A stretch of DNA of 64,000 bases, taken from positions 28,673 through 92,672 of the forward strand of contig JAJYUB010000005.1 in the NCBI GenBank assembly GCA_021792795.1, in the 5' to 3' direction. A model generated the notes under the pieces. It had not been told where the DNA came from. It was given only the letters and a program-made list of their open reading frames with translations, and searched no databases. A program made the position numbers and the translations under genes. Below are positions 9,430-17,820 of this stretch, piece by piece; within the stretch, counting starts at the first letter, position 1; the number at the start of each line of letters is the position of its first letter. The DNA is from Acidobacteriota bacterium. GTDB taxonomy: Bacteria > Acidobacteriota > Terriglobia > Terriglobales > Acidobacteriaceae.

Positions 9430-10605
9430 ATGCAGATTGATATTCCCACTCTATCCGCAGCGTTGACGCCGGAAGAGATGTTGCGGTACGCGCGACATTT
9501 GATTCTGCCCGAGGTAGGGGAGGCGGGCCAGATGAAGCTGAAGGCTGCGCGGGTGCTGTGTGTCGGCGCTGGAGGGCTGGGCGCGCCGCTGATTATGTAC
9601 CTGGCGGCGGCTGGCGTGGGTACGCTGGGCCTCGTGGACTTTGACGTGGTTGAGGCCAGCAATCTGCATCGTCAGGTGATTCACGGGACCAACGACATTG
9701 GCCGGCCGAAGCTCGACTCCGCGGAAGACTCGCTGAGGGCCATCAATCCCAACGTGAACGTCGTAAAATTTCCAACCCGGCTGAGCAGCGAGAACGCGAT
9801 GGAAATTTTCAAGGATTTCGACATTATTGCGGACGGCACCGACAATTTTCCAACGCGCTACCTGGTGAACGATGCCTGCATCCTCTCTGGAAAGCCGAAC
9901 GTATACGCCTCGATCTTCCGCTTTGAAGGGCAGGCCAGCGTGTTTGGCGCGAAAGACGGCCCTTGCTATCGCTGCCTGTATCCGGAGCCGCCGCCGCCGG
10001 GAATGGTCCCTTCCTGCGCAGAGGGAGGCGTGCTGGGGATTCTGCCGGGGCTGCTGGGGACCATCCAGGCGACGGAGGTCATCAAGCTGATTCTGGGCAC
10101 GGGTGGGCCGCTGGCGGGCCGGCTATTGCTGGTCGATGCGCTGGCCATGCGTTTCCGCGAATTGAAACTCCACAAAAACCCTGAATGCCCGGTGTGCGGG
10201 ACGCATGCTTCGATCAACAAGTTAATTGACTATGAACAATTCTGCGGGCCGCCTTCCAATTCCGCCGCGCTAGCCACGATGGTCAATGGCATTCCACAGA
10301 TGCAGGTGGAGGAACTGAAACGACGCCTCGATGCGGGCGAGGACTTATTTGTGCTGGACGTGCGCGAGCCCTATGAATTCGCCATTGCGGAGATGGGCGG
10401 GCGCTTGATTCCGTTGAATGACCTGCCTCAGCGAGTGAGAGAACTCGATCCGAAGCGGGAAATTGTGGTGCAGTGCAAAGCGGGCGGACGCAGCCAGAAA
10501 GCCGCGGAATTTTTGTCGCAGAACGGATTCAAGAAGATCCACAACCTTGCGGGTGGCATCAACGCGTGGTCGGAGAAGGTGGACCCGAAGGTGCCGAAAT
10601 ATTAG
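9430..10605 (+). CDS. moeZ: E1-like adenylyltransferase/sulfurtransferase MoeZ/MoeB-type with C-terminal rhodanese domain
   Basis: RYARHLILPEVG, CVGAGGLGAP (ATP loop) and CYRCLYP...CPVCG (Zn site) are present, followed by a rhodanese domain with the active-site loop QCKAGGRS. Confidence 0.85.
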   Translation: MQIDIPTLSAALTPEEMLRYARHLILPEVGEAGQMKLKAARVLCVGAGGLGAPLIMYLAAAGVGTLGLVDFDVVEASNLHRQVIHGTNDIGRPKLDSAEDSLRAINPNVNVVKFPTRLSSENAMEIFKDFDIIADGTDNFPTRYLVNDACILSGKPNVYASIFRFEGQASVFGAKDGPCYRCLYPEPPPPGMVPSCAEGGVLGILPGLLGTIQATEVIKLILGTGGPLAGRLLLVDALAMRFRELKLHKNPECPVCGTHASINKLIDYEQFCGPPSNSAALATMVNGIPQMQVEELKRRLDAGEDLFVLDVREPYEFAIAEMGGRLIPLNDLPQRVRELDPKREIVVQCKAGGRSQKAAEFLSQNGFKKIHNLAGGINAWSEKVDPKVPKY

Positions 10606-10649
10606 CGAACTGGGCGTCATACCCCTTGTAGTTCGGCATTCGGGCGCCG

Positions 10650-11891
10650 TTATAGCTCCCAATCCGTTTTCCAACGCACGCGGTCGCGCAGTTTCCAGGT
10701 GGCGGCAATCAAGGCTAGTAACAGACAGAAACTGACGATGACGACGGCGGGCCAGAACTCCCAGCGCCGGATGTGAAGCAGCCGCTCGCCGTACCAGAAA
10801 TAAGCAATCAACCCCAGCAGCCAATTGCGCGCGGCGCTGCTCTCCGCCTTTAACGCGACGGCAAGGGGAAACATCAGGAAAAGAAAATCGTAGATCTGGT
10901 GCTTGAAGCAGAGCAGACAGGCGGTCGTGAGGCAGGCCATCAGTACGCGGCCGTCGACGTGTTGGCCTCGCGCGAAGAAATACAACGCAATTCCGATGGC
11001 CAGTGCGATCCCGCAGAGGTAGGGAAGTACCACCATCCATCCGGTTACAGGTGAGAGGTAAAAAGCATCGGGCACGGGCTGAAACAACGGCGGATGCCGC
11101 ATCGCGATTTCGCTAACGGCCATGATGTTCGCCAAGCCGGGGGAGACATTATTCGTAGAGGCGCGTAAGGGTTCCCAGAGCAATGTCCAGAAGGGCGGGC
11201 GCAGCCAACCATAGATGAACAAAAATCCGAGCGCGGGCGGCAGCAGCGAATAGAGCAGCAAGCGCCAGCGACGCCGCAGCAATAAATACGCGGCCAGAAC
11301 GGGCGGCACGCTGTATTTGGCCCAGGCAACTCCAAGGAGTAGGCCGCGTGCCTGGGAAGACCTCGCCACAGCCCACAGCGCCAGCGATGCAACTACCAGT
11401 GCGGTCACCTGGCCGTTCCCGATGGTGACGCGGGCGGGCGTGCTGGTCAGCGCCAGCAGAGTGAGCAGCCATGCTTTGCGGCCGTTCAATTCGTACATTC
11501 GCGCGACAAGCGAACAACTCAACAGCACCAGCGCCACGTTGATGCTCGCCCAGACGATTTTGGCCGGCATCAGTGGCAGATAGCCGAAGGGCAGCATCGC
11601 GACGTAGAGCTCATGCAGATCGTTGGGGACCTGATTCAGCAGGATGCGATGGCCGGGGTCGCCGGCAAGGTAAGTGGCCCAGGGGTCGATGTGCTGCGTG
11701 AGCAAACGCGCGGGGCTCCATTGAAAATCGAGCGAGTGGAGGATGCTGTTGCGAATTCCATCCGCAATGGAAACGAGCGCGAGGATTGTCCCCATCCAAA
11801 GAGCCGGTAGCGATAGAAGCCAATCCAGCCAGCGGTCGGGTCGCTTGCCAGACTCGACGGCGGACGGCGTCCGATTTTCAGATGGGTCCAT
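10650..11891 (-). CDS. Polytopic membrane protein, DUF2029/GT87-like putative glycosyltransferase
   Basis: The ATG at 11891 (MDPSENRT...) lies 44 nt after the radical SAM stop. About 10 predicted TM segments; the composition and loop pattern recall GT-C-type DUF2029 proteins. Family assignment is from memory and not verified. Confidence 0.6.
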   Translation of the reverse strand: MDPSENRTPSAVESGKRPDRWLDWLLSLPALWMGTILALVSIADGIRNSILHSLDFQWSPARLLTQHIDPWATYLAGDPGHRILLNQVPNDLHELYVAMLPFGYLPLMPAKIVWASINVALVLLSCSLVARMYELNGRKAWLLTLLALTSTPARVTIGNGQVTALVVASLALWAVARSSQARGLLLGVAWAKYSVPPVLAAYLLLRRRWRLLLYSLLPPALGFLFIYGWLRPPFWTLLWEPLRASTNNVSPGLANIMAVSEIAMRHPPLFQPVPDAFYLSPVTGWMVVLPYLCGIALAIGIALYFFARGQHVDGRVLMACLTTACLLCFKHQIYDFLFLMFPLAVALKAESSAARNWLLGLIAYFWYGERLLHIRRWEFWPAVVIVSFCLLLALIAATWKLRDRVRWKTDWEL

Positions 11892-11935
11892 GGATGCGCA
11901 GCGCCCTTGTTGGGAGTGTACTGAAGGGCAATGGA

Positions 11936-12997
11936 TTAGGAGAGCTGAATGTGGACCAGTTCCTGGTCCTGCACGGGTCTTGTCGGGTGCATGCCGGGGG
12001 AAATCTTTGAAGTCTGCGGGGCCCGCCAGTGGTCGATATACGAAACCTGGTGGACGCAGGAGATGGTGCAGTTGGGGGCACAGGTTTTCTCGGTCAGGAA
12101 TTCTCGCTGGACGTCCTGGCGGCGATACTCCGACAGCGGCGTTCCAGGCCAGCCGCGCTGTTGCGAGCAGTAATGCACCAGGCCGTTTTCGCAAATGTAG
12201 ATATACCGCGCGCCAGCGCGGCATCGCCAATCGTTGGGCTCGCCTTTGACAATGGCTTCCTGAAAATGATTGAAGCGCGAATAATGCTTTTTGCCGAGGC
12301 CCTTTACCTCGCAGTAAATCCGGCGCTCCTCATCCCGCAAAGGCTTCAACTGGCCGTCGCCGTCGTGAATGATGCCGATGGTGGAGGTGAATCCCAACTC
12401 CAATGCGCGACGCGCAATGGTCAGTGCGTCCTGCGGATATTTGATGCCGCCGCCGACAACGGAATTGATGTTGACATGGAAATCGGCGTGCTCGGCCAGC
12501 ATCTGCAGTTTCTTGTCGAGCACCTTGAGGCTCTTTTTGGAGACTTCGTCGGGCTGCACGTTGTCAATGGAAATCTGCATGTGGTCGAGACCGGCGCGAT
12601 TGAGGCGTTGGATGCGATCGGGCATCAATAGATAGCCATTGGTGATCATGCCGGCGATGCGGCCATGATGCCGGATGCGGGCGACGATCCGCTCCAGCTC
12701 CGGATGCAGCAATGGCTCGCCGCCGGAGATGGTGATCACACTGGTGCCGAGGCGGGCAAGGTCGTCGATGCGGCGCAGCATTTCCGGCACTGGGACCGGC
12801 TCGGAGACATCGTCAAACTCATTGCAATAGGTGCAGGAGAGGTTACAGCGCCGCATGGGCACGATGTGCGCCATGTAGGGATGGCTGGTCGATGCCACGG
12901 CATGGGCAATGGAGGCGAGTTCGCGAACCCGTCGGGTCGCGGCCTTGATGCGGCGGGAGAGCGACCGGCGGGCCAAAGTGGAGGAGCGTTCCGTCAT
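11936..12997 (-). CDS. Radical SAM protein (MoaA/PqqE-like core) with Cys-rich C-terminal SPASM/twitch-like region
   Basis: CNLSCTYCNE is the CX3CX2C cluster motif, and ISGGEPLL is the SAM-binding GGE motif. The C-terminus has CRAGARYIYICENGLVHYC and CAPNCTISC. Confidence 0.85.
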   Translation of the reverse strand: MTERSSTLARRSLSRRIKAATRRVRELASIAHAVASTSHPYMAHIVPMRRCNLSCTYCNEFDDVSEPVPVPEMLRRIDDLARLGTSVITISGGEPLLHPELERIVARIRHHGRIAGMITNGYLLMPDRIQRLNRAGLDHMQISIDNVQPDEVSKKSLKVLDKKLQMLAEHADFHVNINSVVGGGIKYPQDALTIARRALELGFTSTIGIIHDGDGQLKPLRDEERRIYCEVKGLGKKHYSRFNHFQEAIVKGEPNDWRCRAGARYIYICENGLVHYCSQQRGWPGTPLSEYRRQDVQREFLTEKTCAPNCTISCVHQVSYIDHWRAPQTSKISPGMHPTRPVQDQELVHIQLS

Positions 12998-13049
12998 CTC
13001 TATTCATTGAATCACAGTGGGATGGGAAGCGAACAGAGGGGCCTTCCTT

Positions 13050-14810
13050 TCACGAGGATGGGGAAACATCGCCATCGCCTTCATGCATCGAGGCGGGCAC
13101 GCCTCTCGCGCTTTGTCCCAGGCGTACCAGCCGGGGGACCGACAGCAGGGTGACGGCATATAGAAAGATGGATGCGGCGGTGAATCCAAGGTGGCCGTGG
13201 CGCATGTCTTCAAACAGCAGTTTCGACGCGACAAATACCAATACTCCATAGGCCAGCCATCCCAATTCCTTCCGCTGCCAGCGGGAGCCGCTATAGGCAA
13301 GGACAAGCGCCATCGCGCAAGCGGTCAGCGTCCGGATGACCGCAATATGAGAGGCCCCGGGAGCGATGCCGAACGCCATGAGCCGCGCCAGCGCCCATAC
13401 CAGCAGCGCCGCCGTGGCGCAGGCCGCCAAAGACGCTGACAGGACATAAAGAAGCCGATGCTTCCATTGCTCTGCCTGAGAACGTCTTTCCAGTGCATAG
13501 CAAAGAACAATGCCGGCGCTGACCAGCCAGAGAAGCCAAGCGGGCGACGGTGGAAAGGTCCCGGCAATCGCGTGGAAGATATACGCCGTTAGCCCGGAGG
13601 AAAATGCAGCCGCCCACAGAAACAGCAACCCGTGGAATTCCAGCGTCAGGCGCGCTGACCGTACCCCTGCAATCGTGGCCGCAATCGCAGCGGCGCTTAG
13701 GGACAGAACCAGCCACACCGGAGGGAGACATAAGTGACCGCCGGCCAGAAAGAGGGCCAGGCTCCCAGTAGCATACACATGGTAGTTGCGCCGCTCAGCA
13801 GCGGCGCCGAAGCGGGCAAAGGCAATGGCATAGCCGACTGCGGAAGCGAAGAAGCAAAGCGCCCCAAGTACAACCGCGCCCACGCCCGACCAGAACGAAA
13901 GCACGCTCCAGGAGGCCAGCAGGAACGCAACCAGTGTCTGCGCTACTTCAAAGAAGGCGATCCTCCGCCCCCGCAGCATCGTCTGCGCCGTGGCGCTTGC
14001 CCCGTAAATCAGCAGCAGAATGGGGGCGAGCGCCAGCAGCAGCGGTCGGCTGACTGCCGCGTACTCCATGCCGGCCCTTTCCGGTCTGGAGCCGATATAG
14101 ACCAGGGCCCATAGGGCAATGTCCGCGGATGCCGCCACCAGCGGCCTGACGGTCAGCTCGCGATTGCAGGCCGCCGCGTACTCGCCGGCAATGGTCATTA
14201 TTAGAAGCGCCACGATGAATGGGGCCAAGTCGTGTGTCGCGATCGCCATGATGAGAGCGGCAGTGCTGCCGGCGGCAGCCGTCACCCAGGCAATGGCGGT
14301 GAAATGGCGTTTCCACGCCAAGGCGAAGGACGCAACGGCAAACGTGGCGAGGACACTGGACGCCATCGCGGGCGGAAAGACCCTGAACCGCAACGTAAGC
14401 TCCCACAGCATGGGAACAAGAATCAGGACGGACGTGGCGGCATAGGCAACGCTGGCAAACCATGCCTCGGGCTTGACCCTCGTCGCCGCAACCAGCCACA
14501 TGGCAGCGTAGACAATTGCAATCGCGATCACCGCCGCCCGTGGGAATGTGGTCGATTCCGCCAGCGCCCGGAGCAGGTAGGCCCCCGCGATGCCGAGCAT
14601 CGCTTTGCCGACCACGGAAAACGCTCCGCCAGCCTGCGTGGAGGGGAGTGCCGGGGAAGTATGCGCCGTCGCTGCTTGGGTGTCAGCTTGTACGAGGGCC
14701 GGCGGCTGCATCTGGGATGGATGTTCGAGAGCGTAGACACGGCGCTCCAGAGCCTCCAGATTCGTGGTCAGTCGTGCCAGAGTGCCGGGAAGATCGTCCA
14801 TCGTCTCCAC
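13050..14810 (-). CDS. Large polytopic membrane protein (~18 TM) with N-terminal coiled coil, DUF2339-like
   Basis: 586 aa. The N-terminus LPGTLARLTTNLEALERRVYALE is followed by continuous hydrophobic helices rich in A/L/V. Confidence 0.65.
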   Translation of the reverse strand: METMDDLPGTLARLTTNLEALERRVYALEHPSQMQPPALVQADTQAATAHTSPALPSTQAGGAFSVVGKAMLGIAGAYLLRALAESTTFPRAAVIAIAIVYAAMWLVAATRVKPEAWFASVAYAATSVLILVPMLWELTLRFRVFPPAMASSVLATFAVASFALAWKRHFTAIAWVTAAAGSTAALIMAIATHDLAPFIVALLIMTIAGEYAAACNRELTVRPLVAASADIALWALVYIGSRPERAGMEYAAVSRPLLLALAPILLLIYGASATAQTMLRGRRIAFFEVAQTLVAFLLASWSVLSFWSGVGAVVLGALCFFASAVGYAIAFARFGAAAERRNYHVYATGSLALFLAGGHLCLPPVWLVLSLSAAAIAATIAGVRSARLTLEFHGLLFLWAAAFSSGLTAYIFHAIAGTFPPSPAWLLWLVSAGIVLCYALERRSQAEQWKHRLLYVLSASLAACATAALLVWALARLMAFGIAPGASHIAVIRTLTACAMALVLAYSGSRWQRKELGWLAYGVLVFVASKLLFEDMRHGHLGFTAASIFLYAVTLLSVPRLVRLGQSARGVPASMHEGDGDVSPSS

Positions 14811-14843
14811 CGCGTTTCGAGACCCTCTACAATGGGCGCGGCG

Positions 14844-16043
14844 TCAATTCGCAGCGGTAGTCGCGGGAATCTCAGCCTGAACTTTCTCCGGCCAGGGAGG
14901 CAGCAGCTTCACCAACACCCATAAAATAAACAATGGCAGGAGGGTCAATGCAATGGACATGAGCAACCCCTCCCGCGTGGCCAATGCCATCTTGTAGGTC
15001 GTGTAGCCAAGGAAGCTCTTGGAAAACAACTGGCCTCCAATCACAACGTTCCAACGCATGGCGAAGATGCCGATCAGGGTCAGACATCCAGCGACGGTAT
15101 AGATACGCTTCCGCGCAATTTCGGGGAGCTTCAGCACCTGGGTCAAGGCCAGCAATAGGATCGGAGTCAGGGTCCCCACAAAAATCTGGAGGACGATCTG
15201 GGAAAAGTAGAGTTTGGTGTGGACCATGAAATTCAGCGTGCGAAAGGACTCGTCCGCCTCGTAAATCCGATGGACCAGGTCGAGCATTTCCAGGCTGAAA
15301 TCGACAATGAATATATAGAACAGATAACGGGCGATCGTATCCACGCACAGCATGTCGATCTTCTCTCGACGGAGCCGCATGATCAGCATATACAGCAGCA
15401 TCACGGCGGCAATCCCCGATACCATGGCGGAGAAAATAAACACCACAGGCATCAACGGCGACGACCACCAGGGATTTGCCTTGATGGAGCCGAAGATGAA
15501 CCCGACATACCCATGCAAGAGAAAAGCGGAAGGAATGCCTATCAAGGTGATCAGCCATCCCACCCGTTCGTCGATGGCAAGCGCGCGCTCATTGATGTTG
15601 TTCGAGCCCAGCGTCAACACCCGATAGATCCAGCGCTTCAGGCCGCTGGAAGACTGGGCCATCACGACGATATCGCGACGGTAGTCGAGCCAGATTTCGA
15701 CGGTCAGGACCGCCATCAAGTACCACAAGTACACGAACCCGAACATGGCCATGGCCGATGTGCGATGGGGAGTGAAATACATTTCCAGCGAGCGTTCCGG
15801 ATGTCCCAGGTGCAACTGCAATGGCAAAGGCGCCACCAGCAGGAAGGCCAACGCGGTCAGCAACGCCAGCCGGTAGGTGGGCTTCACCGCATCGACCCGG
15901 AAGACACGCTCCAGCGACGCCAGAATGAATGCCCCGGCCACCAGTCCCGTAATGTAGGGGTATAGGACGATCAGCACGCTCCAATAGAGGGTGATCTCGT
16001 TGGGATACATGTAGCCTTCCACGCCAGTCGTCATATTTGCCAA
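14844..16043 (-). CDS. NrfD/PsrC-family quinone-interacting integral membrane subunit
   Basis: 399 aa. YWSVLIVLYPYITGLVAGAFILASL and multiple TM helices are typical of the NrfD/polysulfide reductase membrane subunit. Confidence 0.85.
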   Translation of the reverse strand: MANMTTGVEGYMYPNEITLYWSVLIVLYPYITGLVAGAFILASLERVFRVDAVKPTYRLALLTALAFLLVAPLPLQLHLGHPERSLEMYFTPHRTSAMAMFGFVYLWYLMAVLTVEIWLDYRRDIVVMAQSSSGLKRWIYRVLTLGSNNINERALAIDERVGWLITLIGIPSAFLLHGYVGFIFGSIKANPWWSSPLMPVVFIFSAMVSGIAAVMLLYMLIMRLRREKIDMLCVDTIARYLFYIFIVDFSLEMLDLVHRIYEADESFRTLNFMVHTKLYFSQIVLQIFVGTLTPILLLALTQVLKLPEIARKRIYTVAGCLTLIGIFAMRWNVVIGGQLFSKSFLGYTTYKMALATREGLLMSIALTLLPLFILWVLVKLLPPWPEKVQAEIPATTAAN

Positions 16044-16077
16044 TCTCCTTCAATGCACCCACGGGCGCAACCGGCGC

Positions 16078-16812
16078 TTATCGCACCGAGCCGTCCAAAT
16101 CGTTATAGAAGACCTTCGCCCCCGTGGCCATTTGCGGCTTCAAGATCTGCACGTCGTGGGTCCGCAGAAACTCGTGGATCGGGTCCTTGGGATTTTTTAA
16201 ATCGGCCAGTTGGCGCGCCCCGGTCGGACATGCCTCGCAACATGCGGTCGTGAGTCCCTTGGTGATCCGGTGGTAGCAAAGGGTACACTTGTCCGCGACT
16301 TTTTTCTGGGGATGAATGTAGCGGCAGCCGTAGGGGCAGGCTTGTACGCAGTAGGCGCAACCCAGGCAGTATTTTTGGTCCACCAGCACAACCCCATCCG
16401 GGCTGATGAAAGTCGCTCCCACGGGACAGACCTGGGTGCATGGCGAATCCGCGCACTGGTTGCAGAGTTTGGGGACGAAAAAATATTTCCCGTTGTCGTC
16501 CGCTGCGACAGAGGGAAATCCCTTCTTGCCGCCGTCCGGCGAGATGACCTCAGGGTTCTCAAGGTGCCAGTCCGTCACGTGGTAGCGTTCCACCCAGGTG
16601 CGAAAGAACCCGTCCGGCACATCGTTTTCGGCCTGGCAGGCCCGGACACAGTTGCCGCAACCGATGCATTTGGAAATGTCGATCAGCATGCTCCACCAAT
16701 GCTCGGTCATCTTATAGTTGGGGGAAGATTCCGGGGTCCCAGCCAACACAGATTCCCATGCGACGGCCGCCGCAGGCAGCAGGATCAGCATTTGACGCCG
16801 GGTGATGTTCAT
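16078..16812 (-). CDS. Tat-exported 4Fe-4S ferredoxin-type subunit (NrfC/HybA/DmsB-like, four cluster motifs)
   Basis: MNITRRQMLILLPAAAVAW is a twin-arginine signal. Cluster motifs are CIGCGNCVRAC, CNQCADSPCTQVCP, CLGCAYCVQACP and CTLCYHR...CCEACP. Confidence 0.9.
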   Translation of the reverse strand: MNITRRQMLILLPAAAVAWESVLAGTPESSPNYKMTEHWWSMLIDISKCIGCGNCVRACQAENDVPDGFFRTWVERYHVTDWHLENPEVISPDGGKKGFPSVAADDNGKYFFVPKLCNQCADSPCTQVCPVGATFISPDGVVLVDQKYCLGCAYCVQACPYGCRYIHPQKKVADKCTLCYHRITKGLTTACCEACPTGARQLADLKNPKDPIHEFLRTHDVQILKPQMATGAKVFYNDLDGSVR

Positions 16813-17279
16813 TTCGCGCCTCCTGCGCCGATGGCCGGGTTGTGCGGCTGGTGACAGGTCTCACAGGGAAGGCCATTGGAGTGGTCGACCGCCGCCACTT
16901 GCGGGAAACCCTTCGGCCTGGCGGCGCTCGCCGCGTGACAGCGGACACATAACACCGCAGTGTCCAGTTTGGCGGGCTGGATGGAAGGGTCGTCGGCATG
17001 CTTTGCCAGCGGGCCATGGCAGGCTTCGCAATTCACCTGCGCGTGCATGCCGCTCCTCTTCATTTCCTGGACGTCGGCGTGGCAGGTCTCGCAAGCCTGA
17101 TGGCCGGCGTAGTGGACCGGATGGGCGGCAATCTCCGCGATGGCAGCCCCGCGGTAGTGTCCATATTGCCCAAAGCTTCGCGGAACAAAAAAGGCGCGTA
17201 TCCCCAAAAATGTCAATGTGCCGACTGCATAGAGCGCGGCCAATCGGAAAAGATGCCCTGAATCCTTAAAGACGCTCAT
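16809..17279 (-). CDS. Membrane-anchored tetraheme cytochrome c (cytochrome c3/NrfH-like)
   Basis: The ATG at 17279 gives a 156-aa protein with one N-terminal TM helix and four CxxCH sites (CETCH, CEACH, CVRCH, CETCH). It overlaps the next gene by 4 nt (ATGA). The 348-aa ORF extension upstream is R/G/P-rich junk. Confidence 0.85.
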   Translation of the reverse strand: MSVFKDSGHLFRLAALYAVGTLTFLGIRAFFVPRSFGQYGHYRGAAIAEIAAHPVHYAGHQACETCHADVQEMKRSGMHAQVNCEACHGPLAKHADDPSIQPAKLDTAVLCVRCHAASAARPKGFPQVAAVDHSNGLPCETCHQPHNPAIGAGGAK

Positions 17280-17429
17280 GGAACCATGTCCCCTCCACGC
17301 AACTGCGCGGCGTTTTTTCGCAATAAATCCTGAAAACTTTACTATCCATAAATCCACGTAAGGTTGTATGTGCTCCACATCACCTTCTTTGGAATTCGCG
17401 CCGCACTCGCGGAGTTGTGGGCGTCCAGG

Positions 17430-17820
17430 AACCTGTCCCTGCTTTTTCCGCCGCCACTGCACGATTGGCCCCCTGACAATCGCCGGGGCCGTTTTCTGGC
17501 GGACGCGGTTTGCGCTCGGTCTGGAAGCGGTCCACTCGTCTTTACGGCGAGAAGGACGGTCGTGGCATGTCGGCCTATGCTCCGGCGATGATGGCGCGGG
17601 TGCTGCTTTACGGCCAGGCGGGCGGAGTTTACATCTCGCGCAGGATCCAGGCCAGGACCTGCGACGATGTGGCGCTTCGCTGCCTCTCTGCCGACGAAAA
17701 GCGCCCGCAGCCTGAACGAAGAGGCCGCCCATCAAGCCGGAAGACCGCCTGTCGCCACCCTGAAGACGGTGGAGTTGGAAGTGGAACTGACTTCGCAGTT
17801 GGCCAGCATGGCCAGCCAGC
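17430..17820 (+). mobile_element. Decayed IS1182/IS5-type transposase N-terminal fragment (DUF772-like region) with multiple frameshifts and no DDE domain
   Basis: Pieces lie in three frames: LSLLFPPPLHDWPPDNRRGRFLADAV, then YGEKDGRGMSAYAPAMMARVLLYGQAGGVYISRRIQARTCDDVALRCLSADEKRP, then ATLKTVELEVEL. These match the consensus LLP..LDDWLPEDH.ARF....V / GRPAY.P.MMLKVLLY.Y..G..SSR.IE.....DVAFR.L....PD as I recall it. Confidence 0.55.

Noticed and set aside
8785-10605. JAMM plus E1 pair as CBASS-type Cap3/Cap2 regulators or another anti-phage conjugation system
   Set aside because: No CD-NTase, effector or E2 domain is nearby. The E1 carries a rhodanese domain and Zn-ribbon cysteines typical of MoeZ/MoeB sulfur-transfer enzymes, so a housekeeping sulfur-carrier role is more parsimonious.
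11936-12997. Radical SAM gene as MoaA, futalosine-pathway MqnC/MqnE (mqnA is in the window) or hopanoid HpnH
   Set aside because: There is no MoaA C-terminal GG tail or moa neighbours. MqnC/MqnE belong to the ThiH/CofH-like group with a different cluster-motif context. HpnH has a distinct N-terminus. mqnA is 5 kb away on a separate transcription unit.
14844-17279. Alternative complex III, or polysulfide/tetrathionate/DMSO-type reductase
   Set aside because: There is no ActB-like large molybdopterin-homologous domain, no second NrfD-like ActF, no ActD/E, and no molybdopterin catalytic subunit. The cytochrome has four haems, not five.
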